The translations under genes were made by a program, and so were the position numbers. A stretch of 33,648 bases of DNA from Gemmatimonadales bacterium (GTDB lineage Bacteria > Gemmatimonadota > Gemmatimonadetes > Gemmatimonadales > GWC2-71-9): NCBI GenBank assembly GCA_050733295.1, contig JBOHSQ010000104.1, positions 1 through 33,648 of the forward strand, written 5' to 3'. The notes beneath the pieces are model-generated. The model was not told the origin of the DNA and did no database searches. It worked only from the letters and a program-made list of their open reading frames with translations. Positions 1-8,969 of this stretch are shown piece by piece. Numbering within the stretch: the first letter of the stretch is position 1; the number at the start of each line of letters is the position of its first letter.

Positions 1-1
1 T

Positions 2-1576
2 CCCTCCTCTTCGCTGGAACGCCACGGCATCCGCCACACGGGCACCGCGCACTGGAACCTCGTGCCGGCCGGCCTCTACGAGGAAGCGGTGCGCCGGGGC
101 GAGGGCCAGGTTGCCGCAGGCGGGCCCATCGTGGTGCTCACCACGCCGCACACCGGCCGCTCGCCCAACGACAAGTTCACGGTGGACGAGCCTGCGTCGC
201 GGGAGCGGATCTGGTGGGACAAGAACAAGGCGATGACCGAGGCGCACTTCGAGGCGCTGATGGGCGACGTGCGGGCCCACCTCGACGCGCAGCCGGAGCT
301 GTTCGTGCAGGACCTCTTCGGGGGCGCGGACGAGAAGTACCGGCTGCCGGTCCGGTTCATCACGCCGAACGCGTGGCACGCCCTGTTCGTGCGCAACATG
401 TTCATCCGCCCCGCGGTGGAGCAGCTGGCCGGGTTCACGCCGGGCTTCACCGTCTACCACGCGCCCGAACTCCAGGCCGACCCGTCCCGCCACGGCACCC
501 GGAGCGGGACGTTCATCGCCCTCACCTTCGCGCGCCGCGCGGTGGTGATCGGGGGCACGCGCTACGCGGGCGAGATGAAGAAGTCGATCTTCACCATCCT
601 CAACTACCTGCTTCCGCTCCAGGGCGTGCTGCCGATGCACTGCTCGGCGAACGTGGGCTCCTCGGGCGACGCGGCGATCTTCTTCGGGCTGTCGGGCACC
701 GGAAAGACCACGCTGTCGGCCGACCCGGCACGCCGGCTCATCGGCGACGACGAGCACGGGTGGAGCGACCGCGGGGTGTTCAACTTCGAGGGCGGGTGCT
801 ACGCCAAGGTGATCCGGCTTTCGGCGGAGGGCGAGCCGCAGATCTTCGCGGCGACGCAGTCGTTCGGCACGGTGCTGGAGAACTGCGTGCTGCACGCCGA
901 CACGCGGGGCATCGACTTCGACTCCGACCGGATCACCGAGAACACCCGGGCGAGCTATCCGATCGACTTCATCGACAACCACGAGCCGAGCGGGCAAGCG
1001 GGACACCCGAGGAACGTGGTGTTCCTGACCGCGGATGCATTCGGGGTGATGCCGCCGATCGCGCGGCTCTCGGCCGAGCAGGCGATGTACCACTTCCTGT
1101 CGGGGTACACGGCGAAGGTGGCCGGGACCGAGCGAGGGGTGACGGAGCCGTCGGCAACGTTCAGCGCCTGCTTCGGCGCGCCGTTCCTGCCGATGCATCC
1201 GGGGGTGTACGCCAAGATGCTGGGCGAGCGGATCGCGAAGCACGAGGCGCGGGTGTGGCTGGTGAACACCGGGTGGACCGGCGGGCCGTACGGCACGGGG
1301 CACCGGATGAAGCTGGCGCACACGCGGGCGATGGTCGCGGCGGCGCTGAGCGGGGGGTTGGACGGGGCGAGCTACACCAAGGATCCGGTGTTCGGGTTCG
1401 AGGTGCCGACCGCCGTGCCGGGGGTGCCCTCGGACGTGCTGCAGCCGCGGGCGACGTGGACGGACCCGGCGGGGTACGATGCGCAGGCGGGGAAGCTCGC
1501 GGAGATGTTCCGGAAGAACTTCGCCACGTTCGAGGCCGGGGTCGAGGACGCCGTTCGCAAGGCTGGGCCGCGGTAA
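2..1576 (+). CDS. pckA: phosphoenolpyruvate carboxykinase (ATP); 5' end runs off the window
   Basis: Translation has PckA hallmarks ([19 protein letters not shown] kinase motif, [16 protein letters not shown]). The frame stays open back to nt 2 ([20 protein letters not shown]...), which resembles the normal PckA N-terminus, so the GTG at 62 is probably internal. Stop TAA at 1574-1576. Confidence 0.93.
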   Translation, partial: PSSSLERHGIRHTGTAHWNLVPAGLYEEAVRRGEGQVAAGGPIVVLTTPHTGRSPNDKFTVDEPASRERIWWDKNKAMTEAHFEALMGDVRAHLDAQPELFVQDLFGGADEKYRLPVRFITPNAWHALFVRNMFIRPAVEQLAGFTPGFTVYHAPELQADPSRHGTRSGTFIALTFARRAVVIGGTRYAGEMKKSIFTILNYLLPLQGVLPMHCSANVGSSGDAAIFFGLSGTGKTTLSADPARRLIGDDEHGWSDRGVFNFEGGCYAKVIRLSAEGEPQIFAATQSFGTVLENCVLHADTRGIDFDSDRITENTRASYPIDFIDNHEPSGQAGHPRNVVFLTADAFGVMPPIARLSAEQAMYHFLSGYTAKVAGTERGVTEPSATFSACFGAPFLPMHPGVYAKMLGERIAKHEARVWLVNTGWTGGPYGTGHRMKLAHTRAMVAAALSGGLDGASYTKDPVFGFEVPTAVPGVPSDVLQPRATWTDPAGYDAQAGKLAEMFRKNFATFEAGVEDAVRKAGPR

Positions 1577-1603
1577 CTGCGTCGAGTTCCTGACGGAGCC
1601 CAG

Positions 1604-2890
1604 ATGACCCGAGCCGACCCGGATTTCGAGATCATCCGCGACCCGCTCTGGGACAACATCCGGCTCGACCGCCTGACGATGGCGCTGGTGGACACGCCTG
1701 CGGTCCAGCGCCTGCGCTACGTGCGCCAGCTCGGGCACGCCTTCCTGGTCTATCCCGGCGCCACCCACACCCGCTTCGAGCACGCCCTCGGCGCGCACCA
1801 CCTGGCCAAGACCGCGCTGTCGGTGATGGCGGAGCGGGGGGAACTCGCGCGGGTGCCGGAGGAGGAGCAGGTGTCGGTGCGCCTCGCCGCACTACTCCAC
1901 GACATCGGCCACTATCCGTTCTCGCACGGGCTCGAGGAAGCCGGCTTCCCGCACCATGAACAGCTGGGCCGGACTCGCCTGGGCCAGGGGGAGCTGGCGG
2001 CGCAGCTCGAGGCGTTCGGCATCCCCGGCCTGGGCCGGCGCATCGGCGAGCTGATGACCGGCACCGGCCGGCATCCGCTGGGCGGGCTCATCTCCGGCTC
2101 GCTCGACCTCGACAAGATCGACTACCTGAGCCGCGATGCGCGGAGCTGCGGCGTCCCCTACGGTATGCTCGACGTGGACCGGCTGCTCGCCTCGCTCACG
2201 CTGGTGGAGACCGAGCGCGGCTCCGAGGTGGGGGTGCACGAGAAGGGTGTCAGCGCGCTCGAGTCGCTGCTCTTCGCCAAGTACCAGATGTACCGGAACG
2301 TGTACTGGCACCACGCGGTGCGCTCGGCCACCTGCATGTTCAAGCGCGCGGTACGGCAGGCAGTGGCGGCGGGGCACCTCACGGCGGAGTGGATCGCCTC
2401 GGCGACGGACGGAGCGCTGGTCGAGCGGCTGCTCGCGGCCGATCCGACAGGGCTGGCCACACGGGTGCACCAGCGCCGGCTCTACAAGCGGGCGCTCGAC
2501 CTGCCGGCGAGCGACGTGCCGCCCGACGCGCAGCCCTGGCTGGCGGAGGACGCGGAGCTGCTGGCGCGGGCGGAGGACGCCCTGGCGCACGAGGTGGGGC
2601 TCTCACCTGGCGAGCTGCTGCTCGACTTCCCGGCGCGAAGCGCGATGCTGGGCGTGGACCTGCCGCTCCGGACCCGGGGCGGCACGGTGGAACGGCTCAC
2701 CGACGAGGGACGCGCGGGGCAGCTCGGGCTGCCGCGGGTGGCGCAGGAACTCTACCAGAGCGCGCGGCGACTCCGGGTGTTCGTGGCGGAGACGCCGTCG
2801 CGGAAGCTGGACGGCCTGCTGGAGGCGCTCACGCTGCCCGCGGAGGAGGCGCGGGTCCGGGTGGCGACCGGGGAGGGCCTGCTGAGCTAG
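1604..2890 (+). CDS. HD-domain metal-dependent phosphohydrolase (dNTPase/SAMHD1-like, COG1078-type)
   Basis: 428-aa ORF with HTRFEHALG, LLHDIGHYPFSH and DLDKIDYLSRDA motifs typical of HD phosphohydrolases. GGAG lies 6 nt upstream of the ATG. High GC3. Confidence 0.85.
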   Translation: MTRADPDFEIIRDPLWDNIRLDRLTMALVDTPAVQRLRYVRQLGHAFLVYPGATHTRFEHALGAHHLAKTALSVMAERGELARVPEEEQVSVRLAALLHDIGHYPFSHGLEEAGFPHHEQLGRTRLGQGELAAQLEAFGIPGLGRRIGELMTGTGRHPLGGLISGSLDLDKIDYLSRDARSCGVPYGMLDVDRLLASLTLVETERGSEVGVHEKGVSALESLLFAKYQMYRNVYWHHAVRSATCMFKRAVRQAVAAGHLTAEWIASATDGALVERLLAADPTGLATRVHQRRLYKRALDLPASDVPPDAQPWLAEDAELLARAEDALAHEVGLSPGELLLDFPARSAMLGVDLPLRTRGGTVERLTDEGRAGQLGLPRVAQELYQSARRLRVFVAETPSRKLDGLLEALTLPAEEARVRVATGEGLLS

Positions 2891-2966
2891 GACGGCCGGA
2901 GACGGGAGGAGACGGGCGGGGACAGGCGGGGACGGGCGGAGGGCGGGAGGTGGCAGGCGGGAAGCG
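2891..2966 (+). repeat. G-rich tandem repeat array, period 10 (GACGGGCGGG-like, about 7 units), starts 1 nt after the HD gene stop
   Basis: gacggccgga/gacgggagga/gacgggcggg/gacaggcggg/gacgggcgga/gggcgggagg/tggcaggcgg read directly from the sequence. Confidence 0.9.
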
Positions 2967-3080
2967 GCTCGACTGGCACGAAACACGCTCACCTGACGTC
3001 ATCGCGGCTCCCCCTGTGCCGCTCAAATCATTGTCAATCAAAGGTTTGCCAAGTCACCGTCGCCGGGGAGCGGGTTTGCG

Positions 3081-3554
3081 ATGACGTGGGAAATGGCATT
3101 TCGTCTGTGCAATCTCGCAGTCGTGCCGGTCTGGCTGCTGATGATCCTCCAGCCCAACTGGCCGGTGACCAAGCAGCTGGTCCGCTGGGCGCCGGTCCCG
3201 ATGTTCCTGTCGGGGATCTACACGCTGCTCGTCATGAGCCACCTTGACCACACCCCGGGTGGCTACAGCTCACTGATCGAGGTGCGGCAGATGTTCTTCC
3301 ACAAGCCGGTGCTGCTGGCCGCGTGGATCCACTACCTCGCGGTGGACCTCCTGCTCGGCGGGTGGATGTTCGAGGAGGCCCGGCGGCTGCACATGCCGCA
3401 CCTGATCCTCGCTCCCTGCCTGCTGCTCACCTTCCTGCTCGGCCCCGTGGGGCTCGGGCTCTTCCTTCTCTTCCGCCTGCGCGCGCTCAGGGGCTCGGCC
3501 GAGGACAAGCGGCTGAGCCTGGGCCACTGGCCGGGGATGTTCAGGACGGAGTAA
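3081..3554 (+). CDS. DUF4281 (ABA4-like) integral membrane protein
   Basis: 157-aa hydrophobic ORF. The N-terminal LAVVPVWLLMILQPNW, then AAWIHYLAVDLLLGGW and LLGPVGLGLFLLFR, match my recollection of the DUF4281 family pattern. Confidence 0.7.
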   Translation: MTWEMAFRLCNLAVVPVWLLMILQPNWPVTKQLVRWAPVPMFLSGIYTLLVMSHLDHTPGGYSSLIEVRQMFFHKPVLLAAWIHYLAVDLLLGGWMFEEARRLHMPHLILAPCLLLTFLLGPVGLGLFLLFRLRALRGSAEDKRLSLGHWPGMFRTE

Positions 3555-3595
3555 GGCGAGACGGGCGAGACGGTCGAGACGGACGGGACGGGCAG
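3555..3595 (+). repeat. G-rich tandem nonamer array (GGCGAGACG x2, GTCGAGACG, GACGGGACG, GGCAG), starts 1 nt after the stop at 3554
   Basis: Period-9 repeat read directly. It fills the gap between convergent genes 3081..3554 (+) and 3603..5006 (-). Confidence 0.9.
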
Positions 3596-3602
3596 ATTCA
3601 GA

Positions 3603-5006
3603 TCAGAATCTGAGAAAGAACTCCAGCAGCGCCTTCTTCCAACGGCTTCCCGGGAACGGTGGGCGGAAGAGACGCACGGGGTTCCAGCGCGGCTGGACGA
3701 AGACCGACTTGTGATGGGAGAGGGTGAAAAAGCCCTCGCGCCCGTGATAGGCGCCCATCCCGCTCTCCCCCACCCCGCCGAACCGCAGGCCCCGCTGGAC
3801 GAAGTGCCATAGCACATCATTGGCGACGAGCTGCCCCGACACGGTGCGCCGCTCGACCTGCTTCCGCCCCTTCGCCCCACCGAACCAGTAGAGCGTGAGC
3901 GGCCTGGGCCGAGCATTCACGTAGTCGATCGCCGCGTCCAGATCATCCACCTCCAGGACCGGCAGGACCGGCCCGAAGATCTCCTCCTTCATCACCCGCA
4001 TTTCCGAGCTGACGCCGAGCAGCACGACGCCCGGGAAGAGCCGGGTCGAAGGATCCGCAGGCTCGTCCGGGAAGACCTCGATCACCCGCGCGCCCTGGCT
4101 TCGCGCCTCGTCCACCAGTGACCGGAGCCGGTCGAAATGGGTCTGGTTCACGATGGTGGTGGTATCGAGGTTGCCGGCCATCCGGCCCGCGCGGAGCCGG
4201 CGTTCATGCCCGGCCACCAGGCGGGCGAACCGTTCCCCTTCCCCACGCGGCACCAGGGCGTAGTCCACCGCGATGCAGGTCTGCCCCGCGTTGAAATACC
4301 GGCCCAAGGCGACACGCTCCGCGGCGAACTCGATCCGCGCGGCCCTCTCGACGATGGCGGGCGACTTGCCGCCCAGCTCGAGGGTCACCGGCACGAGGTT
4401 GGCTGCCGCGACCTGCGCGACCTTGCGGCCGATGGCGGTGCTGCCGGTGAAGAACAGGTGGTCGAAGCGCAGACGGCTGAACTCCTCGCCCACCTCGGGG
4501 CCGCCCTGCACCACCCCCGCCACGTCGGGCGGCAGCGCCGCCGCCACCAGTTCGGCCAAGAGCGCACCGGTGCGCGGCGCCTGCTCCGAGACCTTGAGCA
4601 GCACCCGATTCCCGGCGGCGAGCGCACAGGAGACCGGCATCAGGGCGAGGCTCACCGGATAGTTCCAGGCCGACATCACGCCGACCACGCCGAGCGGCTG
4701 GGGGACGACGTGGGCGCGGGCGAAGAAGCTGTGGATGTCCGCGGCCCGCCACTCGGGGCGCATCCAGGCGCCGAGGTGGCGGCGGAGGTAGCGGCTGTAG
4801 CGGAGCGTGGGGGTGACTTCGCCCCCGAGGGTCTCGGCCGGGGAGCGCTGGCCGAAGTCGGCGCTCACGGCCCGGGTGATGTCGTCGCGGCGATCGAACA
4901 GGACCCGCTCGAGCGCGCGCAGGCGCCCGCGGCGGGTGGCTGCGTCGGGGAACCCGTCGCGGAGGAAGGAGGCTCGCTGGCGCTCGAGGAGGTCGGGGAG
5001 TTTCAA
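3603..5006 (-). CDS. NAD(P)-dependent aldehyde dehydrogenase (coniferyl-aldehyde/class-3-like)
   Basis: 467 aa with FFTGSTAIGRKV, ELGGKSP (catalytic Glu region), NAGQTCIA (catalytic Cys) and EEIFGPVLP. TTG start overlaps the upstream gene stop (TTGA). Confidence 0.9.
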   Translation of the reverse strand: MKLPDLLERQRASFLRDGFPDAATRRGRLRALERVLFDRRDDITRAVSADFGQRSPAETLGGEVTPTLRYSRYLRRHLGAWMRPEWRAADIHSFFARAHVVPQPLGVVGVMSAWNYPVSLALMPVSCALAAGNRVLLKVSEQAPRTGALLAELVAAALPPDVAGVVQGGPEVGEEFSRLRFDHLFFTGSTAIGRKVAQVAAANLVPVTLELGGKSPAIVERAARIEFAAERVALGRYFNAGQTCIAVDYALVPRGEGERFARLVAGHERRLRAGRMAGNLDTTTIVNQTHFDRLRSLVDEARSQGARVIEVFPDEPADPSTRLFPGVVLLGVSSEMRVMKEEIFGPVLPVLEVDDLDAAIDYVNARPRPLTLYWFGGAKGRKQVERRTVSGQLVANDVLWHFVQRGLRFGGVGESGMGAYHGREGFFTLSHHKSVFVQPRWNPVRLFRPPFPGSRWKKALLEFFLRF

Positions 5007-5737
5007 TCCACCGCTTCGATCTTCACGACGATGGCGGTGATGTTGTCGAGCCCGCCACGGTAGTTGGCCTCGGTCACCATGCGGTCGACCCAGGCCTCGG
5101 GACCGCCCTCGGAGCCGAGGATGCGGAGCAGCTGGTCGTCCTCGAGCATGCCGGTGAGGCCGTCGGACGCGAGCAGGATGATGTCGCCGCGGCGCAGGGC
5201 GCCGAAGTAGATGTCGGGCAGGACCTCGCTGCCGGCGCCGACGCAGCGGGTGATGACGTTGCTGTAGGGATGCACGCGCGCCTGGTCGGGCGTCAGCAGC
5301 CCGGCATCCACCTGCTCCTGCACGTAGGAATGGTCCTTGGTGACCTGGAAGAACTCGCCGTCGCGAAGCAGGTAGGCGCGGCTATCGCCGACCTGGCCGA
5401 TGAGGTAGCGGCCGCGCATCAGCACCAGCACGGTGGCGGTGGTGCCCATGCCGCGCTTGTCGTGCTCGGCGAGGGTGCGCTCGTATATGGCCTCGTTGGC
5501 GGCGACGATGGCGGACTGCAGGCGGCGCGAGGCCTCGGTGTCGTCCACGCCGCGCAGGGCGCCAACCTCGCGGGCGATGATGCGCACCGCCATCTCGCTC
5601 GCCACCTCTCCCGCCGCGTGGCCGCCCATCCCGTCGGCCACCACGAAGATCCCCTTGTCCGACAGCATCAGGTAGCTGTCCTCGTTCCCGGACCGGACCA
5701 CCCCGACGTCGGTCCGCGCGGCGCAGGTGTAGTTCAC
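5003..5737 (-). CDS. PP2C-family Ser/Thr protein phosphatase (Stp/PrpC-like)
   Basis: 244 aa with RSGNEDS, ADGMGGHAAGEVAS, ASDGL and DNITAIVV motifs. GTG start lies 4 nt after the FHA gene stop. Confidence 0.9.
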   Translation of the reverse strand: MNYTCAARTDVGVVRSGNEDSYLMLSDKGIFVVADGMGGHAAGEVASEMAVRIIAREVGALRGVDDTEASRRLQSAIVAANEAIYERTLAEHDKRGMGTTATVLVLMRGRYLIGQVGDSRAYLLRDGEFFQVTKDHSYVQEQVDAGLLTPDQARVHPYSNVITRCVGAGSEVLPDIYFGALRRGDIILLASDGLTGMLEDDQLLRILGSEGGPEAWVDRMVTEANYRGGLDNITAIVVKIEAVD

Positions 5738-5741
5738 GCGG

Positions 5742-7019
5742 CTATCCGAGAATGAGGGCGGCGGCCGCGGCGAGGGCGGCGAGGATCACCACGATGACGA
5801 CCCAGCGGGTGGCGCTGCTCTGCTTCGGGGCGGCGACGACGACCGGACGGGCGGGACGGGCGGGACGGGCCGGACGGGCCGGTGCCTCGACGGGCAGACG
5901 ATCGGGCAGCGATGGCATCGGGATGGTCCGCTGCCCCTGGGTGGGCGCCGGCAGCTCCGCCGGGTCGAAGAGGACCTTCACCTCGCCGAACCGGATCGAG
6001 GCGCCCGGAGTGAGGACCGCCTCGTCGGCGACGCGTTCGCCGTCGACCCAGGTGCCGTTGGTCGAGCCCTGGTCGGTGAGGATCCAGAGCTCCTCGCGCC
6101 GCTGCAGCTTGGCGTGCACGGTGCTCACGCTCGGGTCGGACAGGACGATGTCGTTGTACTCCGCGCGGCCCACGTTCACGACCGGCGCACGGACCTGGAG
6201 CCGCTCTCCCTTCAGGTCGCCGCTCCGGACCAGGAACGCCGCAAGCGGGCGGGGGGAGGGCTCGGGCCGCGGCGGCAGCCCTGTCGCGCCCGCGCCGACG
6301 GGCAGTCCCATCAGCGTGTCGTTGAGCCGCGCGGCCGCGCCCTCGGGCAGGGGTGGCGGACCGGGCGGGGGGCCGCCTTCCGACGAGAACCGGAACTCCT
6401 CGCTGCCCACGCGGATGAGGTCGCCGCGCGCGAGCAGGATGGTCTCGGGGACGCGCCGGCCGTTCACGAAGGTGCCGTTGGCACCGCGGTCGGTGAGGCG
6501 ATAGCCCTCGGGGCCCGGGGTGATCTCGCAGTGCACCCTGGAGACGTCGTCGCCCTCGACCACGACGTCGGCTGCGGCGTCGCGCCCGATGACGAGCGGC
6601 CTCGCCTCGATGCGGTACTCGCGGCCGTCGGTGAGCGACACGAGGCGGCCGTTGGTCGCGGCCGGCCGGGCAACGGCGGTGTGGTCGGGCACGGCGCGCA
6701 ACCGCTCGGCATCGGCCAGGATGCGGGTGGCACCGGCGCGCTCTTCCTGCACCACGCGGAGCTCGTGGTCTCCCAGGAAGAGCTTGTCGCCGTGGAAGAC
6801 GGGGGTGGGTTCGGCCGAGAGCCGGACGCCGTTCAGCGTGGCCGCGGCGCCGGGGATGGGACGGACGGAAACCGATCCGGTGCGTTCGCGGGTGAGGACG
6901 AGGTGGCGCGGCCGGACGTCTTCGCCGGCGACGACCAAGTCGCACGACGAGTCGGAGCCCACCGTAAAGGAATCACCCGCGAGCGGAAACCGCTGCGAGC
7001 CGAACTCGAGTTGCAGCAT
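5742..7019 (-). CDS. membrane-anchored protein with three FHA domains
   Basis: 425 aa. Three FHA-like modules (GSDSSCDLVV...RPRHLVL; IGRDAAADVVV...SRVHCEI...TDRGANGTFVNG; VGRAEYNDIVL...VSTVHAKL...TDQGSTNGTWVDG). An (ARP)4 stretch is encoded by the nonamer repeat, followed by a C-terminal TM helix (WVVIVVILAALAAAAALILG). Confidence 0.9.
   Translation of the reverse strand: MLQLEFGSQRFPLAGDSFTVGSDSSCDLVVAGEDVRPRHLVLTRERTGSVSVRPIPGAAATLNGVRLSAEPTPVFHGDKLFLGDHELRVVQEERAGATRILADAERLRAVPDHTAVARPAATNGRLVSLTDGREYRIEARPLVIGRDAAADVVVEGDDVSRVHCEITPGPEGYRLTDRGANGTFVNGRRVPETILLARGDLIRVGSEEFRFSSEGGPPPGPPPLPEGAAARLNDTLMGLPVGAGATGLPPRPEPSPRPLAAFLVRSGDLKGERLQVRAPVVNVGRAEYNDIVLSDPSVSTVHAKLQRREELWILTDQGSTNGTWVDGERVADEAVLTPGASIRFGEVKVLFDPAELPAPTQGQRTIPMPSLPDRLPVEAPARPARPARPARPVVVAAPKQSSATRWVVIVVILAALAAAAALILG
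5844..5884 (+). repeat. G-rich nonamer array (CGGACGGGC/GGGACGGGC x4) inside the minus-strand FHA gene
   Basis: The + strand reads ccggacgggcgggacgggcgggacgggccggacgggccgg. On the coding (minus) strand it translates as [12 protein letters not shown]. Confidence 0.9.
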
Positions 7020-7087
7020 CAGAATCGGGGTCCATCCATCGGGAATCCGGGGGTGGAAAACCTATCGGCTGGCCGGCGGGGGGCGCA

Positions 7088-7163
7088 AGGAAGGCGGGCA
7101 GGCGGGCAGGACGGGCGGGACGGGCAGGACTGGCAGGACGGGCAAGACGGGCGGGAAGGGCGA
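7088..7163 (+). repeat. G-rich nonamer array (about 8 units, AGGACGGGC-like) between the ABC exporter stop and the FHA gene start
   Basis: ggaaggcgggc aggcgggc aggacgggc gggacgggc aggactggc aggacgggc aagacgggc gggaagggc read directly. One unit is 8 nt. Confidence 0.9.
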
Positions 7164-7170
7164 ACAACCA

Positions 7171-8961
7171 CTAGGCCGGGTCGGGGGCGACGGGGACCGG
7201 AGGCGCAGCGAACTGCAGGCGGACGAGCCTGCGGTAGAGGCCGTCCTGGGCGAGGAGGGTGGCGTGGTTGCCGCGCTCCCGGATGCGGCCGTGGTGGAGC
7301 ACGAGGATCTCGTCCGCGTCCACGATGGTGCTCAGGCGGTGGGCGACGACGAGGCTGGTCCGACCGCTCATCAGCTCGCGCACGGCGGCCTGGATGCGGG
7401 CCTCCGCCTCGGCATCCACCGAACTGGTGGCCTCGTCGAGCACGAGGATGGCCGGATCGCGCGCGAGCGCCCGGGCGAAGGAGAGCAACTGGCGCTCGCC
7501 CACGCTCAGGGAGCGGCCCCGCTCGCCCAGGATGTGGCCGTACCCCTTCGGCAGCCGGGCGATGAACCGGTCGGCGCCGGTGCGGCGCGCGGCCGCGGCG
7601 GCCGTCTCTCGACCGCCCGTTGCGTCGAGCAGGATGTTCCGCTCGATGTCGCCCGCGAAGAGGAAGAGGTCCTGCTGAACGTAGCCCACGGCGCTGCGCA
7701 GGTCGGACAGGGACGGGTCGCGGATGTCCACGCCGTCGAGCAGGATCCGTCCGCGGTCGGGATCGTAGAAGCGCAGCAGCAGGCTGATGATCGTGGTCTT
7801 CCCCGCCCCGGTGTGGCCCACGAGGGCGACGGTCTCGCCGGGACGGGCCGTGAAACTCACGTCCTCGAGCACCCATGGTCCTTCCGCCCGATAGCGGAAC
7901 CAGACCCCCTCGAAGCGCACCTCGCCACGGAGCGGGACGGGGAGCGGGACGGGATTCTGCGGCTCCGGCACCTCGACCGGCGTGTCGAGCAGCCGGAAGA
8001 TCCGCTCCGAGGAGGCCATGGCGCTCTGCAGCAGGTTGAACTTGTCGGAGAGGTCCTGCAGCGGCTGGAAGAAGCGCCGGGTGAGCTGGATGAACGCCGC
8101 AAGCACGCCCACGGTGAGCGTGCCCCCGATGCGCAGGCCCCCGACCCAGAGGAGCGAGGCGAGCGCCACCGCGGTAATGACCTCGCCGATGGGGAGGAAG
8201 ACGGCGTAGATGGTGATGGCGCGCAGGTGCGCGCCAAGATGGTCGCGGTTCACGGCATCGAACCGCCGGGCAGCCTCTTCCTCGCGCCCGAAGAGCTGCA
8301 CCACCCGCATTCCCGAGAGGTGCTCCTGCAGGAATGCGTTCAGCCGCGCGACCTTGCCGCGAATGTCGCGGAAGGCGTCGCGAATCCGCCGCCGGAACAT
8401 CACGGCGATGATCCAGATGAGGGGGACCACCGTGAAGGCCACGAGGGCGAGCCGCCAGTCCATCACCAGCATCGCCACCATGATCGCGGCGAGGGTGAAG
8501 AAGTCGCCGAAGAGGGCGACGAGCCCGCTGGAGAACAGCTCGTTCAGGGTCTCGACGTCGGAGGTGACGCGAGTGATGAGGCGGCCGACCGGGTTGCGAT
8601 CGAAGTAGGAGATGCTGAGCCGCTGGAGGCGTTCGAAGAGCTGGGCCCGCAGGTCGAGCATCACCCGCTGGCCGATGCGAGTGGTGACCAGGGTCGAGGC
8701 GTACTCCTGGACGAACTCGACGAGCAGTGCGCCAAGGAATGCGGCGGTGAGGAGGACCAGCATGCCGCCGTCGCGGCGCGGGATGGCGACGTCGAGGGCG
8801 CGCTGGGTGAGCCAAGGGCCGACCAGCGCGAGGAGCCCGCCCGCCATCAGCAGCGCGACCGCGAGCGCCACATCCCTGCGGTAGGGGAGCGCGTAGCGCA
8901 GGAGGCGGCGAAGCAACGCCGCGTCGTAGGGTCGTTCGGGTGCCTCGTCCTGCTGGTCCAT
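7171..8961 (-). CDS. ABC transporter, fused permease/ATP-binding exporter (MsbA-like)
   Basis: Six-TM exporter domain followed by an NBD with Walker A GHTGAGKTT, signature LSVGERQ and Walker B ILVLDEATS. I place the start at ATG 8959-8961 (MDQQDEAPERPYD...), giving 596 aa. The 984-aa track ORF upstream of this is read-through across the neighbouring gene. Confidence 0.9.
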   Translation of the reverse strand: MDQQDEAPERPYDAALLRRLLRYALPYRRDVALAVALLMAGGLLALVGPWLTQRALDVAIPRRDGGMLVLLTAAFLGALLVEFVQEYASTLVTTRIGQRVMLDLRAQLFERLQRLSISYFDRNPVGRLITRVTSDVETLNELFSSGLVALFGDFFTLAAIMVAMLVMDWRLALVAFTVVPLIWIIAVMFRRRIRDAFRDIRGKVARLNAFLQEHLSGMRVVQLFGREEEAARRFDAVNRDHLGAHLRAITIYAVFLPIGEVITAVALASLLWVGGLRIGGTLTVGVLAAFIQLTRRFFQPLQDLSDKFNLLQSAMASSERIFRLLDTPVEVPEPQNPVPLPVPLRGEVRFEGVWFRYRAEGPWVLEDVSFTARPGETVALVGHTGAGKTTIISLLLRFYDPDRGRILLDGVDIRDPSLSDLRSAVGYVQQDLFLFAGDIERNILLDATGGRETAAAAARRTGADRFIARLPKGYGHILGERGRSLSVGERQLLSFARALARDPAILVLDEATSSVDAEAEARIQAAVRELMSGRTSLVVAHRLSTIVDADEILVLHHGRIRERGNHATLLAQDGLYRRLVRLQFAAPPVPVAPDPA

Positions 8962-8969
8962 CGAATGCC

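Noticed and set aside
3593-3612. Palindrome cagattc-agatca-gaatctg overlapping the aldehyde dehydrogenase stop, as a bidirectional terminator
   Set aside because: It has only a 7-bp AT-containing stem with no U-tract on either side. It is too weak to call, although it may still contribute to 3'-end structure together with the adjacent repeat array.
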